From: a virus
Lineage: Duplodnaviria > Heunggongvirae > Uroviricota > Caudoviricetes
IMG/VR virus record: IMGVR_UViG_3300045051_000014
Direction: 5' to 3' (one strand)
Length of the DNA stretch: 64,000 nt
Positions 19,962 to 30,110 of this stretch are shown here, one piece after another. Each line of letters starts with the position of its first letter. Position 1 is the first letter of the stretch. Both the position numbers and the translations under genes were made by a program. Below the pieces are notes generated by a model. That model was not told where the DNA came from. It worked only from the letters and a program-made list of their open reading frames with translations, and made no database searches.

Positions 19962-21645
19962 TAAGATTGTTGACTTCTTCCCATACTACGATCCGACCGG
20001 CAGACAGGTCACGGAGCTACGCCTGCGCCTGTTCGAAAACATCGTGGACGAGTTCATCATCGTAGAAACCAATGTGACGCATAGCGGACTGCCTGCGCAG
20101 CAGGGACTAGAGAATCTGATTGACGAGATTGGTTTCCCCAAAGAGAAGATCCGCATCATCAAGCTAGACATTCCAGATGCGTCCGAACTGGATTCCATGA
20201 TCACGCAGATGGACATGTTGAATTGTTATGGTGGTAATGCGGCAAACAAGGAATCGGTTCTAGGTCGCGTGCGCGAGCGTCTACAGAAGGATGCCATTCT
20301 TAGCGTCTTCGAAGAGTATCCAGAAGACACGTTGTTCATTGTCAGTGATCAGGACGAAATCATTAATCCAGATTACATGCCATGGATCGTGTCTACGGTC
20401 AACCAGTATCCTCAGTACATTCTCAAGATCCCCATGGTGCAGCTTGCCGGTCGCGCAGATCTGAGAGTTTATGATGTTCTTACTAACAATCCTGTGCCGT
20501 GGAATACTTCCGTCAGTGTATTGAAGAAGAGTCATCTACGCCGTGTGTCGCCGTTGGGCATTCGTTCCTGCATTCAGAAGGTGTTCGAAACAATCTATCT
20601 CACTCTGGACGGTAACGTAGTTCAGGACGTTGGTTGGCACTTTACGTGGATGGGTGGTGCGAAGGAACGAGTCGCGAAAGTCGAAGGCTTTGCTCACCAT
20701 GACGATAAGTTCGACTTCCTTGTGACTGGTTCATACTCTAGTCCCGAAACGAAATCGGTGCTGTCTAACATGGTTCTGCGGGAAGGCTCAATGTCACCGT
20801 CCTGCAACAAGTTCGAAGTCCTACGTGACTACCCGAAGATGAATCTACCGAAGCTGATCTTCAAGCTACCTAGAGTGCGCGAGTATCTGCTTCCCAACCC
20901 ACCGATTCCATACGACTTCGATGAAGCCGTGAAGGAAATCGACATGGGTGGTCAGCCGGAAGTCTCGGCACGATTCGTCTATGATGAATTCGCATTAGAG
21001 AACACCTACGAGAAATACTGCCCTGTCAAGGACGGTGATGTAATCGTGGACATTGGCGCGAACATCGGACTGTTCCCGCTCACTCTCAAGTATCGCCACC
21101 CTCGGCGCGTCTACTGTGTGGAACCTTCTAATGGTCTGTTCGAAGTCCTCAAGAAGAACACTGCCAAGCTGCCGTTCCCTATCACGTATCTTCACTACGG
21201 TATCGGTGGTTCGACGGGCGAGAAGGAAATCACTAAGGACGATTGGATCTATGGTGAGCATGGCGCACCGACGTTCAAGACTAAGACGTTCAAGGATTTT
21301 ATTTCTGAGAACAACATCCACCACATTCACTTCTTCAAGATCGACTGTGAGGGTGGCGAGTACGATATCTTCACGGAAGAGAACTATGAATTCCTCACCC
21401 GAAATGTGGACTACATAACTGGTGAGTGGCATTTGGGTGGAATCGGCAATGGGGTGGAGAAGTTCATCAAGTTCAAGAACCTCTACCTGAAAGGCAAGAA
21501 CAACTTCCGCGTCTTCGAACCGTACCAGTTGAAGCGTGATATTACGAAGGACGTTCTGGACGATGCCTACGTGCAGAAGTATTTTGATTGGTGGGATCCT
21601 CGCGGCAATGGTGCGCAGTTTCTAATTTACATTGACCAACGGTGA
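19954..21645 (+). CDS. glycosyltransferase-like N-domain fused to FkbM-family methyltransferase
   Basis: VVDIGANIGLFPL...VYCVEPS matches FkbM MTase motif; 563 aa. Confidence 0.65.
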   Translation: MTNKIVDFFPYYDPTGRQVTELRLRLFENIVDEFIIVETNVTHSGLPAQQGLENLIDEIGFPKEKIRIIKLDIPDASELDSMITQMDMLNCYGGNAANKESVLGRVRERLQKDAILSVFEEYPEDTLFIVSDQDEIINPDYMPWIVSTVNQYPQYILKIPMVQLAGRADLRVYDVLTNNPVPWNTSVSVLKKSHLRRVSPLGIRSCIQKVFETIYLTLDGNVVQDVGWHFTWMGGAKERVAKVEGFAHHDDKFDFLVTGSYSSPETKSVLSNMVLREGSMSPSCNKFEVLRDYPKMNLPKLIFKLPRVREYLLPNPPIPYDFDEAVKEIDMGGQPEVSARFVYDEFALENTYEKYCPVKDGDVIVDIGANIGLFPLTLKYRHPRRVYCVEPSNGLFEVLKKNTAKLPFPITYLHYGIGGSTGEKEITKDDWIYGEHGAPTFKTKTFKDFISENNIHHIHFFKIDCEGGEYDIFTEENYEFLTRNVDYITGEWHLGGIGNGVEKFIKFKNLYLKGKNNFRVFEPYQLKRDITKDVLDDAYVQKYFDWWDPRGNGAQFLIYIDQR

Positions 21646-22325
21646 TAACAATGGATTACGTATTCAAAGATAGCTATGAGTTCACGACAGACTGGTTTAG
21701 CTCAAATGTGGTGTTGTGGAATGCGATTATCGCGAAGCATCAGCCTCGCCGCGTTCTTGAGATTGGCAGTTTCGAAGGACGTTCTGCCACCCATCTAGTA
21801 CAAGAGGTTAGAAAGTACCACAACGACCCGATTGAATTGGTCTGTGTCGATTCGTGGGAAGGTGGTGTCGAACATGCCGGAATCGACTTCAATTCGGTCG
21901 AAGGTCGATTCGACAGGAACATGCAGAAATTGGTGGATTCCACCTTTGATCTTTCTATCTGGAAGAAGAAGGGATTGTCACATGTCGCACTTGCCGAATT
22001 AATCATGGAGAATGCCGCGCCGTTTGATCTGGTCTACATCGACGGATCCCACATGGCATCTGACGTATTGCTAGACGCTACCATGGCATTCAAGTTGTTG
22101 AAGGTCGGCGGAATTCTGATATTCGATGACTATGAATATGGAACTCCCGAGCTTATGGATAAACCACATGAGCATCCGCACATTGCCATTGAAGCATTCA
22201 TCGAAGTGAATGCCAACAAGCTTGCGTTCGTACAATTCAAGTCAAAGGATGAATCCGGTAACGAAGTCAACCTTCGCGACCAAACAAGACTCTATCAGAT
22301 GTACCTAGAAAAGAAAGCCGACTAA
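21642..22325 (+). CDS. class I SAM-dependent O-methyltransferase
   Basis: VLEIGSFEGRSATHL (motif I) and LVYIDGSHMASDV...GGILIFDDY typical of Methyltransf_24/CmcI family. Confidence 0.7.
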   Translation: MITMDYVFKDSYEFTTDWFSSNVVLWNAIIAKHQPRRVLEIGSFEGRSATHLVQEVRKYHNDPIELVCVDSWEGGVEHAGIDFNSVEGRFDRNMQKLVDSTFDLSIWKKKGLSHVALAELIMENAAPFDLVYIDGSHMASDVLLDATMAFKLLKVGGILIFDDYEYGTPELMDKPHEHPHIAIEAFIEVNANKLAFVQFKSKDESGNEVNLRDQTRLYQMYLEKKAD

Positions 22326-22352
22326 ATATTCAATCATTCAAAGGAGTTTCTC

Positions 22353-22559
22353 ATGGCAGAACTAGAACGAGAATTGCACTGTGAGAATTGCGGTGGTCAT
22401 TGCCGCATCATCTACGATTCCGAACAGGTTCACTACGATCCCGAAACTTGCCCGTTCTGTGGCGAGATTGCCGGGACTGTTGTTGACGAAGATTGGGAAG
22501 AGTTCGAAGACGATGGACTAGGCGATGACGACGATGACAATGACTCTAATTGGAATTGA
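22353..22559 (+). CDS. small acidic zinc-ribbon protein
   Basis: CENCGGHC...CPFCGE, poly-D/E tail; RBS AAAGGAG. Confidence 0.45.
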   Translation: MAELERELHCENCGGHCRIIYDSEQVHYDPETCPFCGEIAGTVVDEDWEEFEDDGLGDDDDDNDSNWN

Positions 22560-23187
22560 TTATAGTCTGACTTGCCCTGCCGTCTGTGTCGCTAACAGTA
22601 AGAACTTTGACGACTGTTACTTCTACTTCCTGCATGAGAACAAGAAGCACCATGGGTTCACTTTCGAAGATCACATTCTAGGTGATCCTCATGACGAGTA
22701 CCTGACGGATCAGCAACGCTACGAGAACATTGCATCTTGGGTGCTGAACATCCTATCATCCTTCGACAAGGAATCGGTATACATACTCATTGAGGACTAC
22801 GCTTTCGCGGCAAAGGGACGAGTGTTCAACCTTGCTGAGAACTGCGGACTCCTCAAGTATCTCCTGTATAAGAACGGCTACAAGTTTGCTACCATTGCGC
22901 CTAGCGTCATTAAGAAGTACGCAACGGGCAAGGGCAACGCGAACAAGGAAGCCATGTGGCTTGCGTTTTTTGAATTGACCAACCGCGACCTTGTGGGTGT
23001 CTATGGTCCCAAGACCAGAACGCTTACCTCGCCGGTTACTGATATCATTGACTCCTACTATCTTACACGATGGATGCACGATAGCCTAGAAAACGAAGAA
23101 GAATCGGAGAAAATGAATCGTGGCACAAACAAAGCAAAACCAAAGCCAAAACCAAAGAAAGGAAAGCGAAGTGATAACCAATTGTGA
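22525..23187 (+). CDS. RuvC-like Holliday junction resolvase candidate
   Basis: N-terminal LIGIDYSLTCPAVCVA and later YILIEDYAF acidic motifs resembling RuvC fold nucleases. Confidence 0.45.
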   Translation: MTTMTMTLIGIDYSLTCPAVCVANSKNFDDCYFYFLHENKKHHGFTFEDHILGDPHDEYLTDQQRYENIASWVLNILSSFDKESVYILIEDYAFAAKGRVFNLAENCGLLKYLLYKNGYKFATIAPSVIKKYATGKGNANKEAMWLAFFELTNRDLVGVYGPKTRTLTSPVTDIIDSYYLTRWMHDSLENEEESEKMNRGTNKAKPKPKPKKGKRSDNQL

Positions 23188-23539
23188 TGCAATCGTTTTC
23201 GGCTCCTATCAACAGGAAGCCAATGTCCACACTATCATGACGTTCATGCAGTCCAAGCATGGTCACAAGGCAGAACCTCATGAGTGCGGACACCGATTCA
23301 ATATCGTGTTGTTTGATAAGCTAGAACCCGAAGAGAAGGACGTAGAAATCTTCACTGCCATTCTAGGCGACCCGAAGGGTTACGTCGAGCGCATGGGCAA
23401 GGCAGGATATCATGGTCTGGTAGTCAAGCAGAAGGCGTGCAAGGCAAAGGAAATCAAGGAAGTCTTTTCCAGAGTTCTTCATGGCTATGGCTTTGAAGAG
23501 AAACTAATTAAGAAGGTAATCCGCAAAACGGTGGTATAA
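23120..23539 (+). CDS. hypothetical protein (start uncertain; GTG 23171 or ATG 23237 possible)
   Basis: ORF overlaps upstream gene; RBS AAAGGAAAG before GTG 23171. Confidence 0.4.
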   Translation: MAQTKQNQSQNQRKESEVITNCDAIVFGSYQQEANVHTIMTFMQSKHGHKAEPHECGHRFNIVLFDKLEPEEKDVEIFTAILGDPKGYVERMGKAGYHGLVVKQKACKAKEIKEVFSRVLHGYGFEEKLIKKVIRKTVV

Positions 23540-23541
23540 TC

Positions 23542-24516
23542 ATGAAGCGATATATTGTGACGGGTGGCGCGGGATTTCTCGGCAGTCATCTGTGTGAACG
23601 TTTGATGGAACTGGATGAAACCTGTAAGGTATTTGCTGTAGATAACCTGTCATCTTCGAACGGTGACAATCTTCACAAGCTGCGCAAGTATGGCTACAAT
23701 CGTTTTGAGTTTGCTGAACTCGACGTATGCAAAGAGAATACGTGGTGGCAGTTGGATCATCATGGTCCCTTTGATGGCATCTTCAATCTGGCTTGCCCCG
23801 CATCCCCACCGTTCTATCAGAACATGCCCATTGAGACTACTCTCACTTGTGTACTAGGAGCGCACTATGCCTTGGAATACGCAACGAAATGGGGATGTAA
23901 AGTTCTCCAAACATCTACTTCGGAAGTTTACGGTGATCCAGAGGTTTCTCCTCAACCGGAATCGTACCGTGGCAAGGTCAATTGCTTTGGACCGCGAGCG
24001 TGCTACGATGAGGGCAAGCGTGCTGCCGAAGCTCTCTTCTTCGACTACCAGAAGCAAAGCGGTACAGATATTAGGGTGGTCCGTATTTTCAATACTTACG
24101 GTCCTCACATGCTTGCTAATGATGGTCGCGTGGTAAGCAACTTCATCATGCAGGGACTCAAGGGCGAAGACCTCACCATCTACGGTGACGGCACGCAGTC
24201 GCGTTCTTTCTGTTATGTCGAAGACCTGATCAACGCAATCATGATTGTCTGGAAGTCTAATTACAAGGCTCCGGTCAATATCGGTAATCCAAAAGAGTTC
24301 ACGATGCTTGAACTTGCGGAGAAGGTAATTAGAATTACAGGTGGTAAATCCAAATTAGTCTTTAAGGATCTGCCTACCGACGATCCTCTTCAACGCTGTC
24401 CCGACATTTCCCTAGCGAAATCATTGGGTTGGGTGGGACCGAGAATTGAACTTGACGAGGGGCTACGAAATACTGTACAATACTTCCTGAGTCGAGCATT
24501 ATCGACTAGGAGATAA
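23542..24516 (+). CDS. UDP-glucuronate decarboxylase-like NAD-dependent epimerase/dehydratase (SDR)
   Basis: IVTGGAGFLGSHLCERL Rossmann motif, catalytic YDEGKRAAE (YxxxK); length 324 aa like UXS/ArnA C-domain. Confidence 0.8.
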   Translation: MKRYIVTGGAGFLGSHLCERLMELDETCKVFAVDNLSSSNGDNLHKLRKYGYNRFEFAELDVCKENTWWQLDHHGPFDGIFNLACPASPPFYQNMPIETTLTCVLGAHYALEYATKWGCKVLQTSTSEVYGDPEVSPQPESYRGKVNCFGPRACYDEGKRAAEALFFDYQKQSGTDIRVVRIFNTYGPHMLANDGRVVSNFIMQGLKGEDLTIYGDGTQSRSFCYVEDLINAIMIVWKSNYKAPVNIGNPKEFTMLELAEKVIRITGGKSKLVFKDLPTDDPLQRCPDISLAKSLGWVGPRIELDEGLRNTVQYFLSRALSTRR

Positions 24517-24517
24517 T

Positions 24518-24763
24518 ATGAAGTATACTTACAGTGATCTAGTGAGCAAGCTGCGTGACGGCGTGCTGAACATTACCTTTGAGAAGGTTGACGGTACGGA
24601 GCGCACAATGCAGTGTACGCTGCGTCCGGAATATCTGCCGGAACAGTATCGCAACAAGGCACCCATGCTGACCGAGACTGCGCCTGAGACAATCTCTGTG
24701 TGGGACACCGAGAACTCCGGTTGGCGCTCGTTCCGCGTCGATAACGTTCGCGCAGTATTCTAA
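24518..24763 (+). CDS. hypothetical small protein; domain paralogous to C-terminus of ORF 38219-38959
   Basis: ITFEKVDGTERTMQCTL...WRSFRVDNV vs VTFTKADGSKRTMHCTL...WRSFRKERV. Confidence 0.5.
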   Translation: MKYTYSDLVSKLRDGVLNITFEKVDGTERTMQCTLRPEYLPEQYRNKAPMLTETAPETISVWDTENSGWRSFRVDNVRAVF

Positions 24764-25818
24764 TGGCTGTCAAGCAAGTCAGAACTCGGCGCGTCCATGC
24801 GCCGGTTGACCATGAGCCGAAGTGGACCGACAAGGCACTTCCGCAGCGCATTGATATCATCAAGGCGTTGAACTGGTACAACACGGAACGCGACGAGAAG
24901 GATGCTGCAAAGATCCTCAAGACGACTCCCGGCATTGCGCGTGAGTTCCTGACGCTTGCGTGGACAGTGCGCATGAAAGAGCGCGGCTTCCCTGTGCTGA
25001 AAGAATCCGAAGCGACGGTGCTACGGATGACGCACGCATTTCGCGAACGGCTGAAAGCTGCGAAGCCTGTACTGGTTGACAAGACCAACGTGGTTTCCAT
25101 TCAGGAACGCATTCAGGGTAAGACCAACGAAATCATTGGCGAAATGGAAGGCTTGATTGATGACTACGGAATCCGTGGTGATCACACTAAGCTGAATGCC
25201 TATCAGTGGATGGTGGACAACGATGTGAAGCCAATTCACGCCAATCGCATTGCCGACCATTTCCGCGAGTGCAGCAAGGAAGTCCTGCTTGCCGCGTCTG
25301 GTAAGGATGCGTTCCTCAAGGAAGCGTATCACAACTTCACCAAACCGCGCATTCTCAATCTGCTGCACACGTATGCCGCGATTGTCAAGGATGCGGAACG
25401 ACTTGCTGCCAATGCTTCCAAGCAGCGCAAGCCACGCAAGAAAAAGCCGGTGTCCTTCGAAAAGATGGTTGCCAAGATCAAGTACAAGGTCAAGGATGAC
25501 AGCCTCAAGCTGCAATCCGTGGATCCGGTCAAGATCGTGGGTGCCATTCAGTTGTGGGTTTACAACACTAAGACTCGTAAGCTAGGCGTGTACAATGCCG
25601 AAGACGAGTCGGGTTTGAAGGTGAAGGGAACCAGTATCAAGAACTACGTCGAAAGTACGTCAGTTTCGAAGACGTTGCGCAAGCCTGACAAGACCCTGCC
25701 GTTGGTGGTAGATGGCGGCAAGATCCAGTTGAGAAAGGTGCTAGATGGCATCAATTCGAAACCGATTAAGATGAATGGAAGAATTGGCAAGGACACCCTG
25801 TTACTCCGTGTTGTATGA
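24763..25818 (+). CDS. hypothetical protein
   Basis: 351 aa ORF, ATGG overlap with upstream stop. Confidence 0.6.
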   Translation: MAVKQVRTRRVHAPVDHEPKWTDKALPQRIDIIKALNWYNTERDEKDAAKILKTTPGIAREFLTLAWTVRMKERGFPVLKESEATVLRMTHAFRERLKAAKPVLVDKTNVVSIQERIQGKTNEIIGEMEGLIDDYGIRGDHTKLNAYQWMVDNDVKPIHANRIADHFRECSKEVLLAASGKDAFLKEAYHNFTKPRILNLLHTYAAIVKDAERLAANASKQRKPRKKKPVSFEKMVAKIKYKVKDDSLKLQSVDPVKIVGAIQLWVYNTKTRKLGVYNAEDESGLKVKGTSIKNYVESTSVSKTLRKPDKTLPLVVDGGKIQLRKVLDGINSKPIKMNGRIGKDTLLLRVV

Positions 25819-25834
25819 GTTTGAAATAGAACGC

Positions 25835-25996
25835 ATGGTCCGTGACAGGGATCTAATGCGTGCCGGTGGCAACTATCCTGCCGCAGACCGAATGCGGCAG
25901 GAGATTGAATCCATCGTGGATGGAAACTATCGGGTTGCCCTGTTGGACGAGCCGGAAGGCACCTTCTGGTACTGGACGACTTCGAAACCTAAATAG
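25835..25996 (+). CDS. hypothetical small protein
   Basis: short ORF, weak. Confidence 0.3.
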   Translation: MVRDRDLMRAGGNYPAADRMRQEIESIVDGNYRVALLDEPEGTFWYWTTSKPK

Positions 25997-26032
25997 AAGG
26001 TTCCTCAACCCTGCCTAAGAGGATTCCCGCCA

Positions 26033-26575
26033 ATGGTTAAAGTTCTCAGCAACCACATGAGGGGCGTAGATCGCGTCCTTCTTCGTCGTTATGCTAATTG
26101 GGTGCTTCGTAAATTCGTCCGTCCTAGCGTCCTGAACAAATCAACCATTATCATTAAGGTCATTACCGCAAACGAACTCACCGACCGTTCCGATTATTCA
26201 GACTTCACCGATGCGAAGGCATGGATGACGTATGATGGAATTGTGGACGGCAAGAAAAAGTTCACCGTGATCCTGAATGCGGCGCGTCAGGGTAAGAAGT
26301 CCAAGACACCGTGGGTCCGCATCAAGATGCTCATGATGAACGTCGGACATGAAATGATTCACATCAAGCAGTATCTCAACAACGAACTGTTTGACTACGT
26401 GGACGGCAAGGCACGTTACAAGGGACAGGTGTTCCACCTAGGTCACTCAGACGACCTAGAGAAGTATTTCGACTCCCCATGGGAAATCGAAGCCTACGGC
26501 AGAGAGTATGGATTGTACAAAGTGTTTGTACGTAAACTGAAAGATGAACTGAAAGAGAAGAACAAAAAGAAATGA
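26033..26575 (+). CDS. zinc-metallopeptidase-like protein (HExxH)
   Basis: MMNVGHEMIHIKQY motif. Confidence 0.5.
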   Translation: MVKVLSNHMRGVDRVLLRRYANWVLRKFVRPSVLNKSTIIIKVITANELTDRSDYSDFTDAKAWMTYDGIVDGKKKFTVILNAARQGKKSKTPWVRIKMLMMNVGHEMIHIKQYLNNELFDYVDGKARYKGQVFHLGHSDDLEKYFDSPWEIEAYGREYGLYKVFVRKLKDELKEKNKKK

Positions 26576-26778
26576 ATGGACAACGAATACCACTGCGCAA
26601 GGGTGAAAAACTCTTAACGTTTAAAAACAAGATAAACGGGATCGTCTATTACAGTACGAATCGCTATAAGCCCATGATCCATGAGGGTCAGGAAATGCTA
26701 CCTGTATTCCAACGTGCCGCGCCCCCAAATGCGCGGCATTTGCTTTTAGTGTCCAAGGCAGCATTAGAGCGCATCTGA
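26572..26778 (+). CDS. hypothetical small protein
   Basis: 68 aa, ATGA overlap. Confidence 0.4.
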   Translation: MNGQRIPLRKGEKLLTFKNKINGIVYYSTNRYKPMIHEGQEMLPVFQRAAPPNARHLLLVSKAALERI

Positions 26779-26910
26779 GCGGCTTTCAGCCCTCACCCGC
26801 TAGCCTAGGATACCCCTAAATTTGCGCCTCGCTACGGGCTTCCTATTGCGTCCTACGCAATTTAACAATAATTGTTCACGTTTCCGGATGCGTTCATGTT
26901 TACTGAACAC

Positions 26911-26985
26911 CGTAAGTCCTTGATTTATAAGGCTTTTATAGTGAACAAACACCCCTCTCGTAAGTCATTGATTCTTAAAGGGTTT
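26911..26985 (+). repeat. two copies of intergenic element CGTAAGTCCTTGATT-N6-AGGGTT
   Basis: cgtaagtccttgatttataagg (26911-) and cgtaagtcattgattcttaaagggtt (26960-26985). Confidence 0.6.
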
Positions 26986-27025
26986 CCTGTGTTGCGTATT
27001 TGGGTGGTTTTGATATGATTAGAGT

Positions 27026-27322
27026 ATGGAAAGCAAACGTAAGACCCCGCGACTGGAAATCAACCTTCCTGCGATTACCATTGGTGATTGCATCAAGGCG
27101 TTCGACTTCGAACCCTGCAAGGGTCGCCCCGACATGTACGTTGTCGGCATCGTGAAGGATATCGGTTGGATTCGCAACGAATACATCGGTTTCACGATTG
27201 ACTGCGTGTACGACTCTGTGGCAGAATCGGTGAACAAGCCGGAATACTCGCGAGTCGGTCAGACGGTCTATGTGCCGGTCCAGACTCTTTTCGATTACGA
27301 CGGTCGCGTGACGCGCATCTAA
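27026..27322 (+). CDS. hypothetical early protein
   Basis: 98 aa ORF downstream of repeated intergenic element. Confidence 0.5.
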   Translation: MESKRKTPRLEINLPAITIGDCIKAFDFEPCKGRPDMYVVGIVKDIGWIRNEYIGFTIDCVYDSVAESVNKPEYSRVGQTVYVPVQTLFDYDGRVTRI

Positions 27323-27323
27323 T

Positions 27324-27563
27324 ATGACTACTCCCGTTCTCAAGTTCGCGTCGGTTGCGGAAGCGGTTGCTCACTTCCACGCGCAGGGTTTCAAGACCGT
27401 GTTGGAAAACGCGGGTCATTCAAAGTGCCGCCTCATGATGAAGCATGGCGATATCATGGTCATTCGGCACATGGGTCTTCTTGACGTTGAAGCGCATGAA
27501 GACGATGGTTTCTGGCAAGACAAGCTCACCGATTGGGCGAGCGATGGCGCGGAGTTCCTGTAA
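27324..27563 (+). CDS. hypothetical small protein
   Basis: 79 aa. Confidence 0.45.
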   Translation: MTTPVLKFASVAEAVAHFHAQGFKTVLENAGHSKCRLMMKHGDIMVIRHMGLLDVEAHEDDGFWQDKLTDWASDGAEFL

Positions 27564-27772
27564 TGTCTACTGGCAAGTATGCGGCGTATGAATATCACGG
27601 TGGTCCGTATGACCGTGGCAGTGCGGATTACTACTATTGGCGTCCGCGTCACCCGCACAAGTATCCGAATGGTACGTACAACGGTCCCGAAGTCACCGAC
27701 CTGACTCCGGAAGAAATCGAAGCGTACAATGCCGGTTACGATGAATGCAATGATCGAAAGGATTGGGGTTAA
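27563..27772 (+). CDS. hypothetical small protein
   Basis: start ATG 27563 overlapping upstream TAA. Confidence 0.45.
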   Translation: MSTGKYAAYEYHGGPYDRGSADYYYWRPRHPHKYPNGTYNGPEVTDLTPEEIEAYNAGYDECNDRKDWG

Positions 27773-27776
27773 TACC

Positions 27777-27974
27777 ATGGCTGAAAATAATGCTCTCAAG
27801 CTTGCTTCCGCGAGCGATATCAAGACTCTCATTCAGTGTGATGCGGTGACTCATGCCGAAGCACTGGAACGAGTCGATGCAGTCCTTGCACGCAAGGTCA
27901 TGACTGATGGCAAGCGTGCGCGATGGAATCGACTGCGCGAGTGGATCGTCAAGGCTCAAACTGAGGCAGCGTAA
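27777..27974 (+). CDS. hypothetical small protein
   Basis: 65 aa. Confidence 0.45.
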   Translation: MAENNALKLASASDIKTLIQCDAVTHAEALERVDAVLARKVMTDGKRARWNRLREWIVKAQTEAA

Positions 27975-28165
27975 TGTCTAACGCGCCCACACCGTTGACC
28001 ATTCCGAAGGTCTGGAAGTTGCTCGACGCTGCACGTTGGATGCGTGACAACAACATTCCGCGTTGCGATGGTATGTCGCACGATGAATACATTGCGAGTC
28101 TGCAAAAGATCATATCAGACAAGTGCGATGAAGTGGACCGGCTGTTTAACAGGAATGCCGCGTAA
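27974..28165 (+). CDS. hypothetical small protein
   Basis: ATGT overlap chain. Confidence 0.4.
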   Translation: MSNAPTPLTIPKVWKLLDAARWMRDNNIPRCDGMSHDEYIASLQKIISDKCDEVDRLFNRNAA

Positions 28166-28365
28166 TGATTCTTAAGGGTAAGACGTTGAAGGGTAAGAAC
28201 CGCATTCGGGAGCATGGCACCGAATGGGAAACCCTTACGTCTTCGCCATCCGTGTTGTTTGACGCAAGACCGGGACCGTGGCTGTTTGTCGCGCCCGTTG
28301 GCAAGCCTCATGACGCACGATGGATTCACGCATTACACGATGACAATTTTGAGATAATCGGATGA
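28165..28365 (+). CDS. hypothetical small protein
   Basis: 66 aa. Confidence 0.4.
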   Translation: MILKGKTLKGKNRIREHGTEWETLTSSPSVLFDARPGPWLFVAPVGKPHDARWIHALHDDNFEIIG

Positions 28366-28712
28366 TCGCTGCACCCAAGGTTGGTTCACTCATTCGCGTG
28401 CAGACTAAGTTCGGTCTGCGCGAAGGCACTGTCGTCCCCAACGAAAAGTGGGAAAAGGCAGACACGTTCTGCATGACTGGCGACGAGCATATCCGCGTGC
28501 GCAATATCGCACTGGTCAATGTCGTCACCATAGAATACATCAAGGGTGCGCCGTCGCATGATGCGGTGCGTGCATTCCGCGTCAAGTCTACGGACAAAAA
28601 GCGCGAGTACATCGTGACGGTGCGCGGCAACAAGTTCGACTGCAACTGCACCGGTTTCACCTATCATCACAAATGCAAGCATGTCGAAGGCGTGCGAAGG
28701 AAAATCAAATGA
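28362..28712 (+). CDS. hypothetical protein
   Basis: 116 aa; C-terminal CNCTGFTYHHKCKH cysteine/histidine cluster. Confidence 0.5.
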   Translation: MIAAPKVGSLIRVQTKFGLREGTVVPNEKWEKADTFCMTGDEHIRVRNIALVNVVTIEYIKGAPSHDAVRAFRVKSTDKKREYIVTVRGNKFDCNCTGFTYHHKCKHVEGVRRKIK

Positions 28713-29578
28713 AAATTCAAATCATGAACGACCTCCATTTGGAGTTCGACAATCAGGGACCGGTCCTCGCACTTCCGGGTGGCGAAGTCCTTTTGCTTCC
28801 CGGTGACGTTGCCGTGGCAGACTATCTGCGCAAGGAACGCACGGACAAGATGGCGAAAAAGCATGAGCGGGTTGCGCGGGAATTCTTTTTCCACGAATGC
28901 GCAAAGTACGAGCGTGTCTATTACATCATGGGCAACCATGAGCATTACAATGGCATCTTCGATTACACGGTCGAAATCATGCGTGAGTTCCTACAGGGAA
29001 CGAACGTAACCATTCTGGATAACGAATGGGTTGACCTTGATCATAACTGCGGTTGGCAGTTGTTCGGCGGCACGCTCTGGACTGATTACAACAATCAGGA
29101 CTGGTTCGCGATGCACGCTGCGAAGGACAAGATGAATGACCACCATATCATCAAGAAACTCAAGCCGGTTGCGAATCCGTATGGCGAAATGATGGGAAGG
29201 TTCCTTCCTGTTGACGCTTATGCGGAACACAACAAGACGCTAGAGGCTCTTGAGAATGGCATCTATGACATGGCGCGAATCGACAGACCCACGATTGTCA
29301 TGACGCACCATGCGCCAACGCATCAGAGCATCATGCCGCAGTATGCGGGCGATCTACTCAATGCTGCGTATGCTAGCGACTTGAGCGAACAGATCATGAG
29401 ACTAAGCAATATTAAGTATTGGTTCCACGGTCACATGCATGACAGCATCGAATACACGGTGGGCGAGTGTCAGGTTAAGTGTAATCCTAGGGGTTACAAC
29501 TACTATGCGCTCAATCCTAATTTCAAGCAGCACTACGAATTAGATTTGTATGCTGACGCGAAACCTGATATACTGTAA
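28709..29578 (+). CDS. calcineurin-like metallophosphoesterase
   Basis: IMNDLHLEF (motif I), later MGNHEHY (GNHE) and GHMH motifs. Confidence 0.75.
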   Translation: MKIQIMNDLHLEFDNQGPVLALPGGEVLLLPGDVAVADYLRKERTDKMAKKHERVAREFFFHECAKYERVYYIMGNHEHYNGIFDYTVEIMREFLQGTNVTILDNEWVDLDHNCGWQLFGGTLWTDYNNQDWFAMHAAKDKMNDHHIIKKLKPVANPYGEMMGRFLPVDAYAEHNKTLEALENGIYDMARIDRPTIVMTHHAPTHQSIMPQYAGDLLNAAYASDLSEQIMRLSNIKYWFHGHMHDSIEYTVGECQVKCNPRGYNYYALNPNFKQHYELDLYADAKPDIL

Positions 29579-29601
29579 CCCTCTAATCGGAGAACTTCGT
29601 A

Positions 29602-30099
29602 ATGTCTAAGTCTAAGTGTAAGCCAATTGAAACAGATCCGTTCACCAATAATTCTGGTCATACTTTTAATCCCGGTGATCCGGCGATTGCGGTGACAAAG
29701 GGTTGGGGTTCCGCGAATCTGCGCATCGGCAAGTATCTCGGTGTGCGCTACTACCCGTCTTATTGGAACAAGGAAAAGTATCCGAAGGGTGCGCCTTGCG
29801 TGGTCATGGAAGTGGTGAAGTCTTCGAAGAAACTCGTTCATAAGGAAACGGGTGTGGACTACGACCATAAGGCAGAGAATGCCCTGTCGTATCCGAAGTA
29901 TCCTACCGCACGTTACAACACACCTGAATTCACGGCACAGTACGATGAATACAAGGCAGCGGTTACTGCACGCGGCGAGAAGATTGCGGAACTGCGTAAG
30001 GATTACGAGTACCGTGACTACAACTATCTCAGCCGCACGATGTTGCAGTTGAACAAGATTTATCCGGCAGACATTGCTCTGCGCGATGTGGTCCTCTAA
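29602..30099 (+). CDS. hypothetical protein
   Basis: 165 aa ORF, RBS GGAGAA. Confidence 0.5.
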   Translation: MSKSKCKPIETDPFTNNSGHTFNPGDPAIAVTKGWGSANLRIGKYLGVRYYPSYWNKEKYPKGAPCVVMEVVKSSKKLVHKETGVDYDHKAENALSYPKYPTARYNTPEFTAQYDEYKAAVTARGEKIAELRKDYEYRDYNYLSRTMLQLNKIYPADIALRDVVL

Positions 30100-30110
30100 G
30101 GGAGACTGTC

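Noticed and set aside
22756-23079. 107-aa minus-strand ORF inside the RuvC-like gene
   Set aside because: Antisense shadow ORF, R-rich
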